NCBI GenBank assembly: GCA_963668355.1
Contig: OY764265.1
Span: forward strand, 2,496,001-2,560,000
Reading direction: 5' to 3'
Length of the DNA: 64,000 nucleotides
DNA from: Bdellovibrionota bacterium
GTDB lineage: Bacteria > Bdellovibrionota_G > JALEGL01 > DATDPG01
This document shows positions 29,149-36,831 of the stretch, piece by piece. Below the pieces are notes generated by a model. It was not told the origin of the DNA. It made no database searches and saw nothing but the letters and a program-made list of their open reading frames with translations. A program made the translations under genes and the position numbers. How positions within the stretch are numbered: position 1 is the stretch's first letter; every line of letters starts with the position of its first letter.

Positions 29149-31140
29149 CTAATTCACTTCGTTCGATCGTACGATGCGTTCCATGAAACGATAACGTTCT
29201 CTGTAGTACCGGGTGATATTTTCGTCGCCACGAATGCTGTGACCTTGGCCCGGAATTTCTAGAAATGTGGAGTCTTTTTTGAGCTTCTTTAACTTCGCGT
29301 GAAAAAGACGACTTTCAGCTACGGGTATTCGGCTATCGTTTTTTCCGTGAGCCAGAAATACGGGGACTTGTAGGTTATCTGCATAATGAATGGGGGAGTG
29401 ATACATGAGTTGTTCTCTTTGGATTTTTGGATTCCCAAATTCTTTGTCAATCCAACCGGGAATATTCACGGTTTCATGGGCTCCGACGAGATCGTAAATC
29501 CCGGCAAAGGCCAGAGCAAAGCCAAAGGGAAAGCGATATTTTTCTTGGGGTGGAAGTGTGAGCGCTCGAATGGCAGCCCAGCCTCCATGACTTCCTCCGA
29601 AGGTTCCCATCTGTTGAGGTTTCAACGAATAACGCCGCTTTAGATATCGAGCACCGGCAATCACATCTCTCACCGGCGCATCCGCATTCTCACCGTCGTT
29701 GGCTTCGAAAAACTCCTTTCCATGAAACCAACTCCCCCTAACGGCTGGACTCAGGGTACTGATTCCAACTGCACAATCGGCTTGTGCTTGCAGGCTGAAA
29801 GAATTGTAGCCTCCATAAAAAGCTAGCAATAAGTAAAGATGTTGAGCGGGATCAGGAAGAGGCTTCTTTGGTGTATACAGTAAAGCTGGAATTTTCCATG
29901 GTTGCCCACTCTTAGGATTCAAGTCAGGAGACGAGTAACTGATTCGTTCGACATCGCAATGGATCAAGCTCTCTTTTAAGGTTTTTGGGTATTCTATGTA
30001 TGGTTTCCAATTCACTTTCAGCTTTTTGTCGAAAGAGATTGTGGCCAGAAGAGCTTCGTAGGGTGTGCTGGCATCTTTACGAACAACTAACAATTGATTG
30101 CCATGTATGTCAGCAAAGCTCGCCGTACCCGATAGATTTTTTTTGTAATGAATCTTTCCTGTTAGAGGATCCACGATTTGAAAGACAGTGTCCCAGCCAT
30201 TCTTCATCGTAAAAGCTATCCAATACCTCTCCTGATCTTGGAGCATGGCCGTGTAATCGATCGAACTTTTGTTATGGGTAAGTTGTACGCGTTTCTTCTG
30301 GGCGATGTTATAGCGATAAAGATTGATGAATCCATCTTCATCTGAAGCGTAGTGAATCGTATTTTCATCTACCCAGGGTTGTAGGGGCCAGGTTTCGGAA
30401 CGTTCGACAGTTTTGTCTGAGAACAAAGTGTAATGCCCATTTTTCCGGTCAAAAAAGAAAAGGTTTCTTTTTGTTCGGTCATTATCGGCCAGCAGTGTAA
30501 AGGCTATTCGATTTGCGCTGGGGCTAAACGCAATTCCACCCCACGAAAATTTAAAGGGAAGGTCTTTATCGCAAAACAACCGAGAGTTTTGTTGTTTAGA
30601 TGTATTGAACTCTTCCAGACAATTGTAGTGATTGGGATTGAAACCATGCCTTGATGTGTAAGCAATGTGTTCGTGGCTTTCGTCAAAACGAAACGAGTAA
30701 ATGTACTCTGTTTGAGTAAGAACCTTCGATTTGCCACTTTTTCTTGGGAAGAACCAAAGTTTTATGATTTCGTCGTTTTTTTCGTCTCCTCGAACCACGA
30801 TTCCATCCAATTTCTTGTTGTATTGAGGCTGCCAAAACGTTCGTTGGTTAAAGTTTATTGATGATATTTGGTGTGATTTTTCGAGGTTGATCCCATCTTT
30901 GGTTGAAAGGTTGTGGAGATACAATCCAGGTTTTGTGGTTTTTAAAAAGAAGAGTTCCTTCGATTCGAGATTCGGCGTGATCCAATTATAGGGAAAGCCA
31001 TACAAATAAGGTTGAAGATCAACCGTTCTTTTTAAAAATTTAGCACCAAAATCAATTGTGCTTGTGGAGGGCGATGAGGGGGCTCGAGAGCATGCGCCTA
31101 CAGTGGTTGAGATCAATAAAAAGAGGAGAAATCGATTCAT
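29149..31140 (-). CDS. S9 family serine peptidase lipoprotein
   Basis: VGAC lipobox; propeller region; GGSHGG nucleophile, HGKNDSR and QGH catalytic motifs. Confidence 0.9.
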   Translation of the reverse strand: MNRFLLFLLISTTVGACSRAPSSPSTSTIDFGAKFLKRTVDLQPYLYGFPYNWITPNLESKELFFLKTTKPGLYLHNLSTKDGINLEKSHQISSINFNQRTFWQPQYNKKLDGIVVRGDEKNDEIIKLWFFPRKSGKSKVLTQTEYIYSFRFDESHEHIAYTSRHGFNPNHYNCLEEFNTSKQQNSRLFCDKDLPFKFSWGGIAFSPSANRIAFTLLADNDRTKRNLFFFDRKNGHYTLFSDKTVERSETWPLQPWVDENTIHYASDEDGFINLYRYNIAQKKRVQLTHNKSSIDYTAMLQDQERYWIAFTMKNGWDTVFQIVDPLTGKIHYKKNLSGTASFADIHGNQLLVVRKDASTPYEALLATISFDKKLKVNWKPYIEYPKTLKESLIHCDVERISYSSPDLNPKSGQPWKIPALLYTPKKPLPDPAQHLYLLLAFYGGYNSFSLQAQADCAVGISTLSPAVRGSWFHGKEFFEANDGENADAPVRDVIAGARYLKRRYSLKPQQMGTFGGSHGGWAAIRALTLPPQEKYRFPFGFALAFAGIYDLVGAHETVNIPGWIDKEFGNPKIQREQLMYHSPIHYADNLQVPVFLAHGKNDSRIPVAESRLFHAKLKKLKKDSTFLEIPGQGHSIRGDENITRYYRERYRFMERIVRSNEVN

Positions 31141-31215
31141 AACCAGCCTTTTATATGAAAGTTCACTTTTTTTGAAATCCGACTAGGATGCGCTGGCTAT
31201 GACAAAATACCGTGG

Positions 31216-31283
31216 ATTCTAGGGACACACGACGTAACCCAAACTCTTTCCTATTTAGGTTTCGGCGTGTGTCCCCGGAACTA
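31216..31283. repeat. REP-like palindromic element abutting the duplicated GT-C 5' end
   Basis: GGGACACACG.CG.AACC...GGTTTCGGCGTGTGTCCCCGGAACTA. Confidence 0.65.
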
Positions 31284-31285
31284 TG

Positions 31286-31415
31286 CAAATTATTGGAAAA
31301 ACCCAATCCCCAAATCACGAACAGGAAAACCAACGAAAATGGAAGAGAATGTTTCCTGATGAACGCTGTCGGAACTTTAAACATGGTTGTTTTCTACTCT
31401 AAACGATGTTGCGAA
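31286..31415 (-). pseudogene. Truncated duplicate of the GT-C gene 5' end (direct repeat copy 2)
   Basis: First 33 aa identical (MFKVPTAF...FSNNL), then runs into the REP-like element. Confidence 0.85.
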
Positions 31416-31636
31416 GCTTTCCCAAAGTCGATATTTAAACGACATCCTCGGTGTTTTTGAAGCGCCTCTTTTCATTAGAACAAAGGATGTGAGGATTTTT
31501 GTCTTTGCCCAACCCGTTAAAAAATTTCATACTGTTTTCTCCGAAGAGAGAGTGTGTGAAATCTTTTCATAGACGAACAAATGGCTTGTTGTAAAATTTG
31601 TTAACGATTTCTGACTGTTAAGTCGAGTGCCGCTGT

Positions 31637-31652
31637 TGGTATGTGAATTGCT
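31637..31652 (+). promoter_or_regulatory. Sigma-54-like promoter
   Basis: TGGTATGTGAATTGCT, GG-N10-GC. Confidence 0.5.
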
Positions 31653-31694
31653 CTAGTTTTGTCTTGGGGATAATAGTTACCTGGGAGGCTAAGG

Positions 31695-33266
31695 GTGAGG
31701 GGATCTTTCGTATCGATTGGGTTTGCGTTCGTTCTGTCTGTCTATTTGAGTTCTTTGGGCTGTACGTCAAGTTTGAATTACACGGCGACGGCTCCATCTT
31801 CCTCCGCATTAAGTGAAATTGCTCATGCTGCGAACGTAGATGAAGTTTCGTTGAAGACGCATGTAAATGCACTGGTCAGTCGAGGAGGTTTGGTGGCACT
31901 TTCAAGTGTTGAGAGTCCGGAAGATTTTCCGGTTTTGGCCTGCGTGGCCGATACGATGCATGATGGAACCTTAAATCTTTCGGATTTGGTGCTGGTTGCG
32001 GGGCAGATCGATAAAAGCTGTGCTCAAATTGCTCAAGAAGTGGCGGAGGATTCCGAAACAGACAATGACATCAACTGCGTGAACTTGGATCGAGATGAGC
32101 ATCATCAAGTAAACCTGGATGATGTAGCGGTGTTTGCTCTTCTGTTACAGGAACACCCCGAGTTTTCTACCGACCTTTGTCACAATCCTGAAGCTGGAGA
32201 TGGCGATCAACTCGCTCCGTACACGGAGGCCATTGCTTGGGTCAATACGAATCCACTGGATGCAGAAACGTTTGGCTCCTCGGACTACGAGTACTATTTG
32301 AGTTTGATTGGAGGTGGCGAGGAGTCCGAAGTGCGAATTGATTCTGTGAGCTCTCTCTCTCTAGAACATGGTCAGAGCTACACAATTCAAGGAGAAGGGT
32401 TTGGTGTGAAATATCCGGTAGAGCCTTGGCTTTATGACGATTTTGAAAACGGATCTATTGGGCAGATCATATCCGGGGAACATTGGTGTGTGGGATCTTC
32501 ATATGGAGGAATTACACCGGAATATTCTAACGATGTTACTCGTGGTCAAAATCAAGTTGTGTCTAAGCAGGGACCGTTCGGAAATACAACGCTCGAGGCG
32601 TGTGGTTACCCCTACGGAAGTCTTGGGGGGGAATTTTACGCAACAGGTTGGTTTCGTGGAGAGGATGAAGGTGGATCAAGAAGTTTCAAGTTTATTCAAG
32701 CTAACGATGGAAACTGGGGAAATCCAAGGTTTAACTCTGGAGGAGACTGTAGTGGTTGGTATCGATCGAGTGCGGTTGGCTGCACCGGAAATTATGCGAT
32801 ACCGCCTCAGGGGCTAGGCGGAAGTGTATTTACGGATCAATGGGATCGTTGGGAATGGCATGCCGATATGGGATCCCTGGCCCGGTGGCGAACATGGTCC
32901 AACCAAGAGCTGAAACTTGATATGTACGGAAACGTATTTGATAACAGTAGCTGCTCGAATATCGAATCCGTCTATTTCTCGTCCTACTATGGCATTGGCG
33001 GCGATTGTCCAGAAGATGCCCATGGTTGGTGGTACTGGGATGAAGTCTATGTAGACAATACGCAGGCGCGTGTTGAGGTTTGCGATCGCGCAATGAAAAG
33101 CCAAGCCACTCATTGCGAGATTCAAATCCCTCATACAACTTGGAATGGCTCGTCTATTCATTTTAGGGTTAACAAAGGCTCTTTTTCTGAAGGGGCTACG
33201 GTTTATCTCTTCGTGATCGAATCTGCCGGAACTGCGAGCAATGGATTTCCGGTTTCATTAAGGTAA
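31695..33266 (+). CDS. Secreted/lipoprotein with two dockerin/EF-hand-like repeats and a beta-rich C-terminal domain
   Basis: SLGC lipobox-like; DTMHDGTLNLSDL and NLDRDEHHQVNLDDV; Trp/Gly/Cys-rich domain. Confidence 0.65.
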   Translation: MRGSFVSIGFAFVLSVYLSSLGCTSSLNYTATAPSSSALSEIAHAANVDEVSLKTHVNALVSRGGLVALSSVESPEDFPVLACVADTMHDGTLNLSDLVLVAGQIDKSCAQIAQEVAEDSETDNDINCVNLDRDEHHQVNLDDVAVFALLLQEHPEFSTDLCHNPEAGDGDQLAPYTEAIAWVNTNPLDAETFGSSDYEYYLSLIGGGEESEVRIDSVSSLSLEHGQSYTIQGEGFGVKYPVEPWLYDDFENGSIGQIISGEHWCVGSSYGGITPEYSNDVTRGQNQVVSKQGPFGNTTLEACGYPYGSLGGEFYATGWFRGEDEGGSRSFKFIQANDGNWGNPRFNSGGDCSGWYRSSAVGCTGNYAIPPQGLGGSVFTDQWDRWEWHADMGSLARWRTWSNQELKLDMYGNVFDNSSCSNIESVYFSSYYGIGGDCPEDAHGWWYWDEVYVDNTQARVEVCDRAMKSQATHCEIQIPHTTWNGSSIHFRVNKGSFSEGATVYLFVIESAGTASNGFPVSLR

Positions 33267-33362
33267 GAGTCTAAGAAGATGTAATTTTAAATCGGCGGAC
33301 AGTCGACTGAGTTCGAATTGCTCGGTGCGCAAATAGGGTTACGTTGGGCATTCCCCGAATTA

Positions 33363-33675
33363 CAATCGAGTGAACGGATCTCACTTGGTTAGTCCGTTTG
33401 CGAGGGGGTAATTAGGGGAGCGAGCGCCTTACCGTTAAAGCGAGTCCCCCTAATTATAAAATAAATAATTCAATCGAGTGAACGGATCTCACTTGGTTAG
33501 TCCGTTTGCGAGGGGGTAATTAGGGGAGCGAGCGCCTTACCGTTAAAGCGAGTCCCCCTAATTATAAAATAAATAATTCAATCGAGTGAACGGATCTCAC
33601 TTGGTTAGTCCGTTTGCGAGGGGGTAATTAGGGGAGCGAGCGCCTTACCGTTAAAGCGAGTCCCCCTAATTATAA
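33363..33675. repeat. Tandem repeat, 3 x 108 bp, structured
   Basis: Units start at 33363, 33471 and 33579 and are identical (third truncated); inverted homolog of 43556-43845. Confidence 0.95.
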
Positions 33676-33919
33676 TTGGTGGACCCTAGCTCCCGTGTAT
33701 CGAACTTTCTTTGCCTCTCGCCCCGACTTCAACGTTAATGAGATCACGGTTTTGCTGGCCGCTTGACTTCAATGAAAACCAAATCCCCTCATAGAAACAA
33801 CCGTGTGCTGTCACCACGGGTGTGACACGGAGGTCGCCTGTGAGGACCCCTTGGGCCACCCATCTTCGTTTTGTTTAGTTCTTTCCTCTGTAATTATAAT
33901 GGGTTAGTAGATGCCAGAA

Positions 33920-33935
33920 TGGCACGAAGTTTGCG
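33920..33935 (+). promoter_or_regulatory. Sigma-54 promoter inside the element, with an upstream palindrome
   Basis: TGGCACGAAGTTTGCG; TGTCAC-N7-GTGACA at 33809-33827. Confidence 0.6.
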
Positions 33936-33990
33936 GAGAGTTCTGTAATGAGCATGAAGCGGCACAGCCGACAGAGCCAAGGAGGCAGTA

Positions 33991-34542
33991 ATGACAATGA
34001 GTAACATCCTACGGATTCCTCTTAACGAATCGCAATCATTGAGCCTCAAGTACATATCCAGTTTGATTGTGTTTACGTTCTGCTTTCTATCAACAGCACA
34101 CGCCCAGGATAGACCACCCGAAATCCGTCTTACGGATTTTGATGTGATCAAGGTTGAAAACTCTCACGAAGGCCGCGATATTTTTTGGGGAGCTGAGGGC
34201 ACAGCGGTGACGACAGCTGTTTTGCGCGATAACAAGAGCGGAATGATATATTCAGTGGGTTTTCCGTTTGGGACGTCACAACCTCTTATTGAGGACTACG
34301 TGGAGGCCAAAGAAGTATTTTATGAAGACACGAACGCAACAGCAAAAATGCTTGAAGCCTATCTGATATTTGAAAAGCACCAGGACGAAAGTGTGCTCTG
34401 GGACATGTCACCAGAGGATACTCAGAAGCTCAAAAGCGAATGCCTTAAACATCCAGAATACTGCAAGTCTCTCGTTCTTCGGCCACAACCCATAGGAGCC
34501 ATTCTTAGTTTCGTCTACAGCCAAATGTCCGCATCAAAGTAA
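33991..34542 (+). CDS. Hypothetical exported cargo protein
   Basis: 183-aa ORF with a GGAGG RBS and an AHA-type signal/TM segment. Confidence 0.65.
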   Translation: MTMSNILRIPLNESQSLSLKYISSLIVFTFCFLSTAHAQDRPPEIRLTDFDVIKVENSHEGRDIFWGAEGTAVTTAVLRDNKSGMIYSVGFPFGTSQPLIEDYVEAKEVFYEDTNATAKMLEAYLIFEKHQDESVLWDMSPEDTQKLKSECLKHPEYCKSLVLRPQPIGAILSFVYSQMSASK

Positions 34543-34598
34543 GGCTAAACTCAATATAGCGCACGTTGGCTAAAAACGACGACCACGATTCTTTCTGA

Positions 34599-34904
34599 CT
34601 AGAAGCTCCAAGTCACGCCATCGTCCGCGCCTGATACTCTTTGATCATCATCGGAAGAGGGATCTTCACAACGTCCGCCTTTGATTGTGAGGGCTGTGAG
34701 CATCGCATGTGCAATCCCCTTGATGTGCTGATCCAATTTCATGAGATCCTTCAATTCATGCCATCTGTAGGTCTTAGCAAGATTTGTAATCGTATTGGGA
34801 TGCACACAATGGCGCTTTGCTAACGATCTGCTGGCTTCGCCTAGCAGATAACCTCGGCGGATCTTCAACCTTTTCTCTCTTGGCACACGTTGTCCCGTTT
34901 TCAT
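34599..34904 (-). CDS. Small HTH protein, terminase-small-subunit-like N-terminus
   Basis: YLLGEASRSLAKRHCVHPNTITNLAKTYRW fits an HTH ending in W. Confidence 0.5.
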   Translation of the reverse strand: MKTGQRVPREKRLKIRRGYLLGEASRSLAKRHCVHPNTITNLAKTYRWHELKDLMKLDQHIKGIAHAMLTALTIKGGRCEDPSSDDDQRVSGADDGVTWSF

Positions 34905-34909
34905 GGCCG

Positions 34910-35182
34910 TTACCCTCGTAGTTTGAACTCAGATGCAGTTGGATGGTTTGGTTTAGGAGGTTTATAAGTTGGCCTAGGTTTCGGAGCTGCGGGTACCCTT
35001 AGCGGCTTGATTGGGGGCGGTATACGCGGCGCTGGTTTTGGCCTAGAAAACGGATTTTTTCTACGCTCTTCCTCTTCTCTTTTTTTGCGCTCTTCAATAA
35101 AAGCAGATAACTCCGCCTTAGTAATTGCAATCCGATACCATGTGCCTGACCTGTCCAGTATGTAAAACCCTTCACGAACCAT
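34910..35182 (-). CDS. Hypothetical basic, Pro-rich protein
   Basis: 90-aa ORF with an AGGAG RBS, 5 nt upstream of the HTH gene. Confidence 0.6.
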   Translation of the reverse strand: MVREGFYILDRSGTWYRIAITKAELSAFIEERKKREEEERRKNPFSRPKPAPRIPPPIKPLRVPAAPKPRPTYKPPKPNHPTASEFKLRG

Positions 35183-35348
35183 GATTATTCTTCTCCTTTT
35201 CCATCCGTTGGCGATGATCGTTCGTCCGAGAACGCACTACTGCCATTGACTTGGGCCTTTGCGCTCTTTCCAAGCATTGGTTCCCGTTACCTATATTGTG
35301 GCACAAAGTCGGCCGCGACCTATTTTGGAGGGTCACAAAAACGATGGG

Positions 35349-36683
35349 TCATCGTTGCTCTTGATCCAGATTGATGCGAACAGGTTTCTTTCGTTGGCCG
35401 TGGCTGAATTCAAAACGGTAAAGTGAAGAAGGAGTTGGCTTTTTGTGCCCATGTTTTTGTCGATATTCAAGATACCGTGCTCGTGTAAATGGTTTTCTGC
35501 CACGCCTTTTGCGTCTCTGGTTCTCGTTGTAGAGCTGTTGAGCCAAAGGGTCGGCATAGTGATTATATCTTCTTCGGCATGTGCCCTTATCGCAGCATAT
35601 GGCTTTCATCCCGCTGATAATCCAGGTGCCGCAGATCAAACATGGGAGCGCTACTCTTTCCAGCTTAGGCACGGCGAGAAAAAGGGAAATCGGATGTAGC
35701 AGCTCTTCTAGGGACTGCGGTTTTACCATTGACTTTTCCAACAACGACACCACCGTATGAATAGCAAGCCCAGAGAGCAATCCGTCCAAAGATTCTGTAT
35801 AAACTTGCCCTTCGCCGTTGATGATCAAGGACTCTTCCCACAGACGTCTCAGAAAATCGGTTTGAAGTGTGTGGAGCCAATCCATGTATCGAAAGTTGGA
35901 CAGGGCTATAGGTCGGCCAATCTGCAAATCTTCATTATTGGGAAGCCGATTTTGGCCAGCCGCTATTCGGTATTCAGTTGAAGTGCCACCAGTGATGTGC
36001 ATTGCCAGATTCTTGGGCGGGCATTCAAAGAAGCATGTAAACCCATCTTTCCACCGCGCTCTAAACCTCTGGATCGCCCTCACAACGGGCTTGGTGGCTT
36101 CTCTGTCGGTAAGGGCAAAACTCTTGTTGCCAAAATTGAGATAGTAATCGTGGAAAAAGGGATGCTGTTTGTCAGAGATTTGACCGAACCAACTAAAAGC
36201 GTTGGGAGCAAAGAAAAGTGCATTGCGATACACGGACTCAATAGGCGGATGCGCATAACGTAGAAAGAAATATGGTGATGGCGTTCTATCGCCTTTGGTA
36301 CGAGCCATTTGCCGAAATGACGAACCATGACCATCATCAGAGGCTATGAGTGGATAATAAAGCCGCAGAGGCCATCCTACGGGAGATACAAAGACGATAA
36401 AACGCGAGAGATATGATGAACACTCTTCTACTTTTCCAAGATCAAGATTCAGGAGAGTAGTTGTCAGCTGTTCTGGCTGATTTCCAAATAGTGAAATCAG
36501 CTTACTCAGAGCTTTCTCAACATCCGTTTGCGCCTTGGCTCTTGAAATTGCCCGTTTGATGCTTGCTAGAGGTTTTTTGATCTTGTCCTGCTCAACGCCT
36601 GACAACAGCAGGGTTGAAAGGTTTTGGAGGTGTCTCTTTTCGGTGCTCACTTTCATCGGTGGCAAAAATGAATGCAAGAACAA
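35349..36683 (-). CDS. Hypothetical protein with a C-terminal CGNR-like zinc finger and basic tail
   Basis: CLICG...CCDKGTCRRR followed by an Arg/Lys-rich tail; divergent from the primase. Confidence 0.65.
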   Translation of the reverse strand: MFLHSFLPPMKVSTEKRHLQNLSTLLLSGVEQDKIKKPLASIKRAISRAKAQTDVEKALSKLISLFGNQPEQLTTTLLNLDLGKVEECSSYLSRFIVFVSPVGWPLRLYYPLIASDDGHGSSFRQMARTKGDRTPSPYFFLRYAHPPIESVYRNALFFAPNAFSWFGQISDKQHPFFHDYYLNFGNKSFALTDREATKPVVRAIQRFRARWKDGFTCFFECPPKNLAMHITGGTSTEYRIAAGQNRLPNNEDLQIGRPIALSNFRYMDWLHTLQTDFLRRLWEESLIINGEGQVYTESLDGLLSGLAIHTVVSLLEKSMVKPQSLEELLHPISLFLAVPKLERVALPCLICGTWIISGMKAICCDKGTCRRRYNHYADPLAQQLYNENQRRKRRGRKPFTRARYLEYRQKHGHKKPTPSSLYRFEFSHGQRKKPVRINLDQEQR

Positions 36684-36831
36684 ATGTTATACAAAAACGC
36701 AGGCTTATCATGCCTAATATTTGTATAACAAATTAGTGAATAACATCAGGGTGTTGGAGCGTCATCGCGTGGGCACAATTGGTAGAATAGATATTGTGAA
36801 TATCACAAATCTATAACCAAAGGAGATAGTT

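Noticed and set aside
27730..31283. Integron cassette array
   Set aside because: No intI gene, and I could not identify attC-type RYYYAAC/GTTRRRY ends on the palindromes.
33363..33675. CRISPR array (also considered for 43556-43845)
   Set aside because: Units are identical or nearly so end to end, with no unique spacers, and no cas genes are in the window.
33677..33766. tmRNA gene or fragment (tag-like ...VLLAA* near a CCA-type end)
   Set aside because: The tag frame is on the plus strand while the TCCACCA end is on the minus strand, which is incompatible with tmRNA layout. It is better explained as the integrase attP tail.
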